A stretch of DNA of 62,757 nucleotides, the filler included, from Chiloscyllium plagiosum (lineage: Eukaryota): the NCBI RefSeq assembly GCF_004010195.1. It is 8 parts of one record of this genome, joined end to end, with 100 filler letters (N's around TTAATTAATTAA, not from the genome) between each part and the next. Parts side by side here need not be neighbours in the genome. Positions count along the whole stretch, not along the records: positions 22,725 to 28,124 come from NC_057716.1; positions 28,225 to 39,256 come from NC_057716.1; 6 more parts are not named here. One strand, given 5' to 3'. Each line of letters opens with the position of its first letter. Position 1 is the stretch's first letter. Positions 23,700-34,900 of this stretch are shown here, piece after piece. The notes under the pieces were generated by a model. That model did not search any database. It was given only the letters and a program-made list of their open reading frames with translations, and was not told the DNA's origin. The position numbers and the translations under genes were made by a program.

Positions 23700-23870
23700 T
23701 TCTGGATTAGTGGTGCTGGAAGAGCACAGTAGTTCAGGCAGCATCCAAGGAGCAGCGAAATCGACGTTTCGGGCAAAAGCCCTTCATCAGGAATAAAGGC
23801 AGTGAGCCTGAAGCGTGGAGAGATAAGCCAGAGGAGGGTGGGGGTGGGGAGAGAGTAGCATAGAGTACAA
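23700..23870 (-). mobile_element. PLE pLTR end (family A variant), intact hammerhead core, no tail
   Basis: rc attcCTGATGAagggcttttgcccGAAAcGTCga at 23761-23794. Confidence 0.85.
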
Positions 23871-24950
23871 GGCCAGTTCTGTGTTTGATGGTAGATTTAG
23901 GGACAGACAATCTTCAAGGCTACTGAGGGATCAATGTTTAATGTTTTCAAACTGCACTGATATACATTAGAAAGCATAAAAATGGCTAAAAAGCTTAAAA
24001 GGAAACAAGGAATGGTCAAGCTTTCCTGTGTTAGAATTAACATGACAATGTTCAGGGAGATCCAACAAAGTTCAAGTCCTGACATTAAATCTCAATTGGA
24101 CAGGCAGCTCTCTGGGAGGGAACTGAGAGACATTGCAATGTGTCCGACACACTGGGGTGGTGACAGTGAACCCCTCAGGGAGAATAAATCTGCAGAAGAA
24201 TGTGTCAAATTAATTCTCAACTCGTTATTTCTCTCTCNNNNNNNNNNNNNNNNNNNNNNNNNNNNNNNNNNNNNNNNNNNNNNNNNNNNNNNNNNNNNNN
24301 NNNNNNNNNNNNNNNNNNNNNNNNNNNNNNNNNNNNNNNNNNNNNNNNNNNNNNNNNNNNNNNNNNNNNNNNNNNNNNNNNNNNNNNNNNNNNNNNNNNN
24401 NNNNNNNNNNNNNNNNNNNNNNNNNNNNNNNNNNNNNNNNNNNNNNNNNNNNNNNNNNNNNNNNNNNNNNNNNNNNNNNNNNNNNNNNNNNNNNNNNNNN
24501 NNNNNNNNNNNNNNNNNNNNNNNNNNNNNNNNNNNNNNNNNNNNNNNNNNNNNNNNNNNNNNNNNNNNNNNNNNNNNNNNNNNNNNNNNNNNNNNNNNNN
24601 NNNNNNNNNNNNNNNNNNNNNNNNNNNNNNNNNNNNNNNNNNNNNNNNNNNNNNNNNNNNNNNNNNNNNNNNNNNNNNNNNNNNNNNNNNNNNNNNNNNN
24701 NNNNNNNNNNNNNNNNNNNNNNNNNNNNNNNNNNNNNNNNNNNNNNNNNNNNNNNNNNNNNNNNNNNNNNNNNNNNNNNNNNNNNNNNNNNNNNNNNNNN
24801 NNNNNNNNNNNNNNNNNNNNNNNNNNNNNNNNNNNNNNNNNNNNNNNNNNNNNNNNNNNNNNNNNNNNNNNNNNNNNNNNNNNNNNNNNNNNNNNNNNNN
24901 NNNNNNNNNNNNNNNNNNNNNNNNNNNNNNNNNNNNNNNNNNNNNNNNNN

Positions 24951-25132
24951 CTGGATTCATTTAAGAAAGAGTTGGGTAGAGCTCTCAAGGATAGTGGAAT
25001 CAAGGGTTATGGAGATAAGGCAGGAACAGGATACTGATTAAGGATGATCAGCCATGATCATATTGAATGGCGGTGCAGGCTCGAAGGGCAGAATGGCCTA
25101 CTCCTGCACCTATTGTCTATTGTCTATTGTCT
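24951..25132 (+). mobile_element. CR1 3' end
   Basis: LDSFKKELGRALKDSGIKGYG; tail (attgtct)n. Confidence 0.85.
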
Positions 25133-25134
25133 AA

Positions 25135-25224
25135 ACTTTGAAGGTAACCTGTGAAGGTAATATCAAGATGGACAGTAAGAGCTTCCTTTAATATTTAAAA
25201 AAGAAGGGAGAAGGAGACTGGGGA

Positions 25225-25257
<33 letters not shown>

Positions 25258-25850
25258 CGGGGACCAGGAAATGGCAGAGGAGCTGAATAAATACTTTACA
25301 TTAGTCTTCACAGCAAACATCACAAACAGAATTCCTCGATTACTAAATATTCAAAAGGCAAAAGGAGGACCAGGAATATTACAGTAACTATCACTGGAGA
25401 AAAAGTACTGAGGGATCTGGGAAGGAGACAGAAAACAGGTAACTACTGACCAGATAACTTACTGCCTGTTATTGGGCAAGTGTGAGGGCCGATTATAAAG
25501 GAAGCAATAACAGAGCAATTATAAATACCTAACATGATCTAGCAGGGTCAGCATGCCTTCATGAAGGGGAAATTACACCTGACACATTTACCAGAATTCT
25601 TTGAGGAGGTAACAAGCAGGGTAGATAAAGGGGAAGCCGTCGGTGTAACATATTTGCATTTTCAGAAGATGTTTGTGTCTTTACCACAATAAGAAAAGCC
25701 ACTGAATAAGAAAAGAGCCCGAGGTGTTGGAGGTCATATGTCGGTGTGGATGGAGGATTGACAAACTAACAGAAGGCAGAGAGTTGGGTTAAGGGGCCCT
25801 TTTCAGGATGGAAACCTGTAACAGTTCTGGAGTCACAATTATTTACATAG
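25135..25850 (+). mobile_element. Old CR1 ORF2 RT remnant containing (AAT)n at 25225-25257
   Basis: QGQHAFMKGKLHLTHLPEFFEEVTSRVDKGEAVGVTYLHFQKMF. Confidence 0.75.
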
Positions 25851-26450
25851 TCATAGTCAATAGTCATACAGTGGAGAAAAGGCCTTTCAGCCCATTCACT
25901 CTGTACTGACATTACTACCACAAAAGGTGGCTATCCCGATTTCCTGCATTTGTCCCATATCCTTGAATGTTATGATATTTCAAGTGCTCATCTGAATTTT
26001 ATCTAATGGTTTTAAGGTTTCCAGCCTCCACTACCTTCCCCAGACACAGAATGTCCGATTCCCACCACCTGCTGAGTGATACAAGATTCTGAATGGGACA
26101 TGATGAGATAGATATTGAACAACTGTTTCCCCTTGTGGGAGAATCTAGAACCAGAGGGCACAATTGTTAGGTTGTCAGAAGAATTTCCTCCTCATCTCTG
26201 TCTTAAATTCCTTCTCTCAGAGGGGAGTGAATCTGTGGAATTCTTTCCCACAGAGAGCTGTCGAGGCTGGGTCATTCAGGATATTCAAGGCTGAGAGAGA
26301 GAGAGAGAGATCGATCTTTAATCAGGAAGGGAATCAAGGGTTGGGGGAAAGACAGGAAAGTGGAGTTGAGGAAGGTCAGGTCAGTCATGATCACAATGAA
26401 TGGTGGACCAGACTAGACGGGCTGAATGACCTACTTCTGCTATTGTGTTT
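25850..26450. mobile_element. Two opposed CR1 3' ends
   Basis: Minus tail 25850-26075; plus FSQRGVNLWNSFPQRAVEAG 26075-26450. Confidence 0.7.
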
Positions 26451-26451
26451 T

Positions 26452-26803
26452 ATAGAATCCCTACAGTGTGAAAACAGGCCCTTTGGCCCAACAAGTCCAC
26501 ACCAACCCTTTGAAGGGTAACCCACCCAGACCCACTCCCCCTACCCTATTACTCTACATTTACCCCTGACTAATGCACCTAACCAACACATCCACGAACA
26601 CTACGGGCAATTTAGCATGGCCAATTAATCCGACCTGCACATCTTTGGACTGTGGGAGGAAACCGGAGCACCCGGAGGAAACCCACGCAGACACGGGGAA
26701 AATGTGCAAACTCCACACAGTCAGTCGCCCGAGGCTGGAATTGAACCCGGGTCTCTGGCGCTGTGAGGCAGCAGTGCTAACCACTGAGCCACCATGCCAT
26801 CCC
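26452..26803 (-). mobile_element. Full-length HE1-type V-SINE
   Basis: A box TGGCTCAGTGG, B box GGTTCAATTCC, V-domain gtgtctgcgtgggtttcctccgggtgctccggtttcctcccacagtccaaaga. Confidence 0.9.
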
Positions 26804-27329
26804 CAATGATGTTAAAGTGCGAAGAGAGAAGGGAAGATGGGCATATAAGTGTGAGAGAGATAGAAAACACCATGTGATGAGTTGATTGTTTCGTTTGAAA
26901 TCTGTGCAGTGAAGTGTTCTTTACTCTTCCCAAGTGTCACCATGAAGTGTTGTTCAGCAGTGGTCAGGATCTCAGTGGCTGGAGTGGCCTGTGTTAATTT
27001 CTCTCCAGTGCTGTTTCACCAGGACCTGTGTGGTGTCAGGTGACACACCAAGTTATTCCTAATAACCAGGCAGACCTCCACTTTACCGGCCTGCTCTACC
27101 ATTGGCTGCTAGGCCCCAGAGGTCGAAGGTCAGAGTCTAATTCACATGTTGTTCCCAGGATTGATTTGTTTTCTGAGAAGCTAATGAAATGCACTCGACA
27201 GAGTGTTCAATAAGATCAGAAGATAAACAGCAGACGCTCTAACCTCATCAACATGCTATGAGACCTTCCCTGTCAGGATCCCAAATCTACAAATATCGGC
27301 AGGTCTCGAGAAGATAGGCCTATGTTTAC

Positions 27330-28007
27330 ACAGCACATTAACGCACCTTCCCCATATTGAACTCTTGGATTTATTGACAGAGACACAGACAACAGAAGCA
27401 AGGAAGTTATACTAAACTTTTATTCAGGCCCCAGTGGGAAATTTCTGTTCAATTCTGGCCTCCGCATTTTAGCAAGAATGTCAAGAGGAGCAGAGGAGAT
27501 TGACAAGAATCTGTTTTTACAGGGATGGGGATGAGGAGAGATTGAAGGAGCTAAGATTGTTCTCCTTTGAGTTGAGAAGGTGAACAGGGGGAGATTTAGT
27601 CAGAGCTGCTGAAATTTGGAAGTTTTGGTATCATCTCAAAAGGCAAAGAAGGAGGGAGGGTCAGTAACCAGACTGAGACAGAATCAGGGAAACAGCCTGA
27701 GGGCAAAGAAGGAGAATTTATTTTAAACATCGAGCGCCTGTGATGTGCAACCCGTTGTCTGAAAGGACAGATTCTGAACAAACTTCCCAAAGAGAACTGG
27801 GTAAATCCTTGAGAAAGAACAATTTCCAGGAGGGAGGGTCAGTAACCAGACTGAGACAGAATCAGGGAAACAGCCTGAGGGCAAAGAAGGAGAATTTATT
27901 TTAAACATCGAGCGCCTGTGATGTGCAACCCGTTGTCTGAAAGGACAGATTCTGAACAAACTTCCCAAAGAGAACTGGGTAAATCCTTGAGAAAGAACAA
28001 TTTCCAG
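27330..28007 (+). mobile_element. Old CR1 RT and 3' remnant
   Basis: ttctgttcaattctggcctcc; gagattgaaggagctaagattgttctcc (RLKELRLFS). Confidence 0.6.
27651..28007 (+). repeat. Exact 178-bp tandem duplication
   Basis: 27651-27828 repeated at 27829-28006 with no visible mismatch. Confidence 0.9.
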
Positions 28008-28072
28008 AGTCACAGAGTCATAGAGATGTACAGCACGGAAACAGACCCTTCGGTCCAACCCGTCCATGCCGA

Positions 28073-28380
28073 CTGCTGCACTGTCAGAGGGTAAGTGCTG
28101 AGGGAGTGCTGCACTGTCAGAGGGNNNNNNNNNNNNNNNNNNNNNNNNNNNNNNNNNNNNNNNNNNNNTTAATTAATTAANNNNNNNNNNNNNNNNNNNN
28201 NNNNNNNNNNNNNNNNNNNNNNNNTGAGGGAGTGCCGCACTGTCAGAGGGTCAGTGCTAAGGGAGTGCCGCACTGTCAGAGGGTCAGTGCTGAGGGAGTA
28301 CCGCACTGTAAGAGGGTCAGTGCTGAGGGAGTGCCGCACTGTCAGAGGGTGAGTGCTGAGGGAGTGCCGCACTGTCAGAG
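28073..28380 (+). repeat. 33-bp minisatellite (spans gap)
   Basis: Same unit as 21538-22968. Confidence 0.95.
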
Positions 28381-29059
28381 ATGCCTGCATGTTCTTTTCG
28401 ATAGATCTGGAAGATCCCATGGAACTGTTTTGAGGAAGAGTTGAGGAGGTGCAGTGGCCAATATTTTACCCACACTTTACATCAGAATGAACACTTTTCT
28501 GCTCAATTTCAGGCACGTTTTGTTGGATCATTCTGTGTAAAAATGTAAGGGCTATTGTCCCTCCTCTGTAACAGGGACTGTACTGCCAGAAGTATTTCAT
28601 TGGCTGTCCAGTGCTTTGAGAATTGCCGGTCCTGTGCTAGATAAGTTCTGTTGTAAGAGAACTTTCTGATATCTCTCTGACAATTTTTGGCATTTGTGTC
28701 TGGTCACTTTTTCTCTTTGTTTCATTCAGCATTACCTCAAAAATGTCAACGATCATTTCTGTCTCGGTCTTTCTTTCCTCTGGCCCCTGGCACTGAGAGC
28801 TGGAGGTAATTGTGAACTGTCTTTGAACCCAGGAGCAGCTTCCGATAAGCAGCTGGCTGCATTTTCCAGTAACCTGCTGTTTGTTTGATATCAGATCAGC
28901 TGTTCCTCAGGGAATGGAACCTCATCAACTGAGTCCCGAACTTCCTCCCCAGGTCACCACAAACTGGAAACTCAGCCATCAACCAGCTCCCCCTCTCTCC
29001 CCACAATCAGCTGGTCAACTGCCAGCAAAGTGATTGATTCAGGAATGCAAGCTGTTGTT

Positions 29060-29575
29060 CATAGAACATGGAACATGGAACAGTACAGCACAGGAACAGG
29101 CCCTTCGGCCCACAATGTCATGCTGAAATGGTGCCAAATTGAACTAATCCCTTCTGCCCGCCCTTGGTCCATATCCCCCCATTCCTTATGTATTCATGTG
29201 CTTATCTAAAAGCCCCTAAAATGTCCCTATCATATCTGCCTCCAGCAATATTGCTCGCAACATGTTCCACACTCCCACACATCGCCTTTGAACTTTCCCC
29301 CTCTCACCTTAAATGCATGCCCCCGAGTATTAAGCATTTCAACTCTGAGAAAGATTCTGACCGTCAACCCTATCTATACTTTGCGTAATTTTATAAACTT
29401 CTGTCAAGTCTCCCCTCAGTCTCCGCTGCTCCAGAGAAAGCAGCCTGAGTTTTTCCAGCCTCTTCTTGTAGCCCATACCCCCTAATCCAGGCAACATCCT
29501 GGGAAACCTCTTCTGCCCCTCTCCACTGCCTCCACATCCTTCCTGTGATGTGGCGACCAGAACTGAATGCAATAA
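29060..29575 (-). mobile_element. CR1 3' end
   Basis: QKRFPRMLPGLGGMGYKKRLEKLRLLSLEQRRLRGDLTEVYKI. Confidence 0.9.
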
Positions 29576-29954
29576 TTTCTGATGTTCAGATGCAGTTGGA
29601 GATTTTGGAGACCTTGCATTACATCATCGAACATTTCTTTGGCTGCAGTTAAAGGAAGGAGATTCCTTTCACTTGGTTTGTGTTAGTGACCCCCTGTCTC
29701 TACGTCCAGTACAGAACCTCTCCTTTGAGCCCAAATCTGAGCTGCTCGGATGAAGTTTGGTTTCCCTTTTCCCAGGGGGACAGTAAACAGGAAGGAGAGA
29801 CAGGCTTTAAACAGGCCTGGAATTTTTATCACACCCACTAAGACGACGAATGGGAAACAAACATGGTAGTAAAGTGCAGTCCAAGGTGATTTTCTGAGAG
29901 CCCTCCATAAATTACCAGAATTGTGTCTACCATCTGCCAAACCTGTTCAATATC

Positions 29955-30190
29955 TCTGCTGAGAGATCATTGACCTGAAACATTAACCCTGTTTCTCTCT
30001 CACAGACAGTGCCAGACTTGCTGAGTTTCTCCAGAACTTTCTAATTTAATCTTGGTATTGGATAGAAGCTTCCCCCCCTGGGGAAGGGTCGCCGGACCCA
30101 ATACATTAACTCTGCTTTCTCTTCACGATGCTGCCAGGGAGCTTTTCCAGCAATTTCCACTTTGGTTTCGGATTTACAGCAGATTTTTGT
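29955..30190 (+). mobile_element. Two decayed PLE termini (family D)
   Basis: gacctgaaacattaaccctgtttctctc..ccagacttgctgag and gaagggtcgccggacccaatacattaactctg..cttttccagcaattt. Confidence 0.6.
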
Positions 30191-30229
30191 TGTTATGTTG
30201 GATTCAGGGTTGGCTGCCTGACAGCACAC

Positions 30230-30555
30230 AGAGTAATGACAAACACTTGAGCTTCAGGCTGGAATTGGATCTATGGGCTTCTCCCCAGAAGTGGATGTTT
30301 GACTTCTCTCCTTTTCTGGGGATATAGGAATGGCCTTCAGTGGGAATATAGGAGACATTTCCTGGAGAGCCAGACTGGAGACAGTGGGATACCACAGGAT
30401 CAGGAGTTGGGCTCCAGTCGGTCACAATATCTGTCAATGATTTGGAGGTGGGGACTGATTTCCAAATTTGCAGATGATACAAAGCTCAGCAAGAATGTGT
30501 GATGTGAGCAAGATGTAGCGTGGTTTCAGGGGGAATTTGACAGGCTCAGGGAATA
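30230..30555 (+). mobile_element. CR1 RT core fragment
   Basis: SGIPQ(G)S..; ISKFADDTKL. Confidence 0.75.
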
Positions 30556-30556
30556 G

Positions 30557-30752
30557 GAGAAAGTGAGGTCTGCAGATGCTGGAGATCAGAGCTGACAATG
30601 TGTTGCTGGAAAAGCGCAGCAGGTCAGGCAGCATCCAGGGAGCAGGAGAATCGACGTTTCGGGCATAAAGAAGGGCTCATGCCCGAAACGTCGATTCTCC
30701 TGCTCCTTGGATGGTGCCTGACCTGCTGCGCTTTTCCAGCAACACATTTTCA
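30557..30752. mobile_element. Palindromic mini-PLE (family A) with exact 16-bp TSD
   Basis: TSD caggctcagggaatag at 30541-30556 and 30751-30766; the arms meet inside the hammerhead, so both cores are truncated. Confidence 0.9.
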
Positions 30753-31239
30753 GGCTCAGGGAATAGACAAGAACACTCTCTTTATGAGATCTTGCTGTGC
30801 AGTCTCACCACCCCTGTTTCCTGTTTCCCCAGTTTGAATGCTCCCTCTGGGCTGCACCATGTTGTGATTCCCGTTCGGATCATTCTGATAGAAATACCCG
30901 CTGTCTTTATTTCACAGAAACCATTCCAGAAGGTGTTTCAATTGTGAGTGGGAACAGTGAGACAAATCACATGCTGCAGTTTCTCTGTTAAATGTTCTCC
31001 GGCTCACCTACTGCCCCGTAATCGGAAACACAATGTGGCACTAGGTTACGGGTGATTGGTGTGCAGTGCTGTCTTCCTCTCCATTAATTGCCTGTCATTG
31101 GGAGAGGGAAGATTCTGCTGATCAGCTCCTGACTCAATGCAATTCTCTCTCACAGGGGATGATTTACGTTGTTTCAACTGGCCAACCTTTTTACCAGATT
31201 CTGCACATCCATCTTGCTCAGCATCATATCAGTTTGATA

Positions 31240-31382
31240 AATTCTTGATGGCACAAGGAATTAAGGGCTACGGGGAGAATGTGGGTAAGTGGAGTTGAAA
31301 TGCCCATCAGCCATGATTGAATGGCGGAGTGGACTCGATGGGCCGAATGGCCTTACTTCCACTCCTATGTCTTATGGTCTTA
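31240..31382 (+). mobile_element. Short young CR1 3' tail
   Basis: Nearly identical to 11817-11937. Confidence 0.75.
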
Positions 31383-32637
31383 TACCACACAGCACCATTT
31401 CTCACAATTCCCTTCATTACCACCGTCTCCTTCCCATCTGGGCTTGCACAGTCCCACTGAACATTCCTGTATCTCCCAGTGCACAAGCCCTTCAGCAGCC
31501 CCTGCTCTCTGTACCGCCCTGTTACTGAGGCCCACACCATGTGGGTCTGTCATGGCTGCAGTATTCCTTGCTGTTCCCACCGTGACCCACAGTCATGACC
31601 AGATACTGAATGCAATGGTTTTTAGGATGCCCTGAATGGAATTTCCCAGTTCACTTTTTCCCGACGAAGCCACCGTAATTTGCTGTGTCCACGTGCAAAG
31701 CCAGTCCCCAAACTACATAACATCAGAATGTTCTGGAAGTGGTCAGCAACACAGGCAAACTCTGAGGAGAGGCAGAGTTCCTGATTCAGTGGCTGTAACC
31801 ACACTGTAAGAAATCAATTTATCATTGTTCTCTTTCAATCAATTCACTCTGGTGAGTTTTGACATCATTTTGGAAATTATTTTATGCGGAATTTTAAATG
31901 AAATTCTTTTTGTGGTAAGGGGTTGGTGTGGGGAGAGGACCCAACGTGTCCATTAGAGATGTTTCAGCACAGCTTCAGGTCATCAGCTGGCAGCCAGATT
32001 AATGCAGCAGGTGGAAACAACCGGCCCCGGGCAGACCCTGTACGCAGTCTCTCTCACCTCCCACAGCAACACGGGCTGAACGACGGAAAGCAATGCTTCC
32101 ATTTGTGTGTCTCATTAATTAGAACTTGCTGTCTCTCTCTGTCCACGAATAGAAAGCTGCTGTTGTAAAGTCAAGTGCTGAGGGTTAATAGACCTCACCA
32201 ATTGCTGCAAGTTGGAGGAGGTAATGAGACACTTCCCAGATAAACAGAGAGCTGAGGAGGGAGAAACAAGCTAATTGCCAGGAGATGACACATTCGGCAG
32301 TGTGCACTGGTCAACACCGAAAGGCTGGCAGCTCCTGGTTTCCCTTCCACTTGTTTCCCTATCCCACACAGTTTCAATTTGAGGACAAATAGATGCAGAG
32401 CTCAAGGTCGGAACTTCATTCCAGAGAGCATCTGTAAATACTCCATGAGAGTTAATGACACGCTGAGGGCAGGGCTGTCAGATTTACACACTGCAGTACC
32501 ATGCGCTCTCAGACTGACAGCCAATCCATCACTCACACTAATAATCTGACAGTAATTACATTTGTTCAACACCCGAACACTGTCACATCCAACACAGAGC
32601 CCGATACAAGACCCAGTAAACACGGGTGAACTTGATT

Positions 32638-34111
32638 GCCCTGAACCCCTCGATTAGATTCCAGTCTGTAACTCCCTCCCTGGGCATCTGTTATTCCGTA
32701 TATAAACCCCACCCTGAACCCCTCGATTAGATTGCAGTCTGTAACCCCCTCCCTGGGTATCTGTTATTCTGTATATAAACCCCACCCTGAACCCCTCGAT
32801 TAGATTCCAGTCTGTAACTCCCTCCCAGGTATCTGTTATTCCATATTTAAAGCCCACCCCAAACCCCTCGATTAGATTCCAGTGTGTAACTCCCTCCCGG
32901 GGTATCTGTTATTCTGTATATAAACCACCCCGAACACCTCGATTAGATTTCAGTCTGAAACTCCCTCCCAGGGTATCTGTTATTCTGTATATAAACCCCA
33001 CCCCGAACCCCTCGATTAGATTCCAGTCTGTAACCCCCTCCCTGGGTATCTGTTATTCGGTATATAAACCCCACCCCGAACTCCTCGATTAGATTCCAGT
33101 CTGTAACTCCCTCCCAGGTATCTGTTATTCTGTATATAAACCCCACCCCGAACCATTCGATTAGATTCCAGTCTGTAACTCCCTCCCTGGGTATCTGTTA
33201 TTCTGTATATAAACCCCACCTGGAACCCCTCGATTAGATTCAAGTCTGTAACCACCTCCCTGGGTATCTGTTATTCTGTATATAAACCCCACCCCGAATT
33301 CCTCGATTAGATTCCAGTCTGTAACTCCCTTCAGGTATCTGTTAATCTGTATATAAACCCCATCCCCGACCCCTCGATTAGATTCCAGTCTGTAACTCCC
33401 TCCCAGATATCTGTTAATCTATATATAAACCCCACCCCGAACCCCTCGATTAGATTCCAGTCTGTAACTCCCTCCCGGGTATCTGTTATTCTGTATATAA
33501 ACCCCACCCTGAACCCCTCGATTAGAATCCAGTCTGTAACCCCCTCCCGGGGAGCTGTTATTCTGTATATAAACCTCACCCTGATCCCCTCGATTAGATT
33601 CCAGTCTGTAACTCCCTCCCAGGTATCTTCTATTCTGTATATAAACCCCACCCTGAACCCCTCGATTAGATTCCAGTCTGTAACTCCCTCCCAGGTATCT
33701 GTTATTCTGTATATAAACACCACCCCGAACCATTCGATTAGATTCCAGTCTGTAACTCCCTCTTCGGGGGGAGCTGTTATTCTGTACATAAACCCCACCC
33801 TGATCCCCTCGATTAGATTCCAGTCTGTAACTCCCTCCTAGGTATCTGTTAATCTGTATACAAACACCACCCCAAACCCCTCGATTAGATTCCAGTCTGT
33901 AACTCCCTCCCAGGTATCTGTTATTCTGTATATAAACCCCAGCCCGAACCCCTCGATTAGATTCCAGTCTGTAACTCCCTCCCGGGTATCTGTTATTCTG
34001 TATATAAACCCCACCTCGAACCCCTCGATTAGATTCCAGTCTGTACCTCCCTCCCGGGTATCTGTTATTCTGTATATAAACCCCACCTCGAACCCCTCGA
34101 TTAGATTGCAG
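32638..34111 (+). repeat. 72-73 bp tandem repeat, about 20 units
   Basis: Unit ccccgaacccctcgattagattccagtctgtaactccctcccgggtatctgttattctgtatataaacccca; cores at 32650, 32723, 32796, 32868 ... 34097. Confidence 0.95.
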
Positions 34112-34798
34112 TGAGTATATTTAGACAGACCTCAGCAGGATGACTGGGATTTGAATGTCAGTAGTCCGGGTTCAGAAAGCTGGATCTTATGGACAATCCC
34201 TTGTGTTTTGTCCAACTGGCTGGTCTCAGGACTGACTGGGTGATTGCTATCAGTCACAGCTATAAGTGTTTTCACAATCTAACAATGGCATTTCCTGTGG
34301 GTCATTGATTTCAATCATTAAGGCTGTACAGTTTGGAGTAGTGGGATGTGACTGTGTTCCGTGAAATGGTCACTCAGTCTGTGTGATAATTGCATTTGCT
34401 TGATTGATGAATTCTGCGGTGAGGAGAGACTGATCTGTTCAGTGTAATCTGTCAGCAGCAAGAGCTACTGTGATCTTGTGCATTCTGTGGGATTCCTGAG
34501 CCCCGGCGATAATCAAGCAGCTGCCCTCATACAATGAGGTGCTGCAAATGTTAATCTCACTGCTTAGTCCACCCTCTGATTGTGAATTCAGGAGGGCATC
34601 ACACAGCAGCTCAATAGAGAAACAAAAATATGAAGTAAGCAATGAAATTTCCCTTCAGTTAATAATCACTAGAACCATGTAGTCTGCACTCCCAGGTACA
34701 TTGCAAACTCTAAGCATTCTGGTCTGACAGTCAGAAACACATTGTTCAACCGCCTCACCTCAGATGTGAACCTTGAAATGGCCTTGATCAATGACTAC

Positions 34799-34900
34799 AC
34801 TACTGAGGGAGTGCTGCACTGTCAGAGGGTCAGTACTGAGGGAGTGCTGCACTGTCAGAGGGTCAGTACTGAGGGAGTGCCGCACTGTCGGAGGGTCAGT
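34799..34900 (+). repeat. 33-bp minisatellite, 3 units
   Basis: tactgagggagtgctgcactgtcagagggtcag x3. Confidence 0.9.

Noticed and set aside
26720..26803. tRNA gene (A and B boxes)
   Set aside because: It is the tRNA-derived head of an HE1-type SINE, followed by the V-domain and LINE tail
28730..28805. Possible 76-nt exon (ttcattcag..GAG|gtaatt)
   Set aside because: Peptide not recognised, no partner exons, and signals of this strength occur by chance
32638..34111. CRISPR-like array or repeat protein
   Set aside because: Units are contiguous with no unique spacers, no cas genes, eukaryotic context, and frames break at 73-bp units
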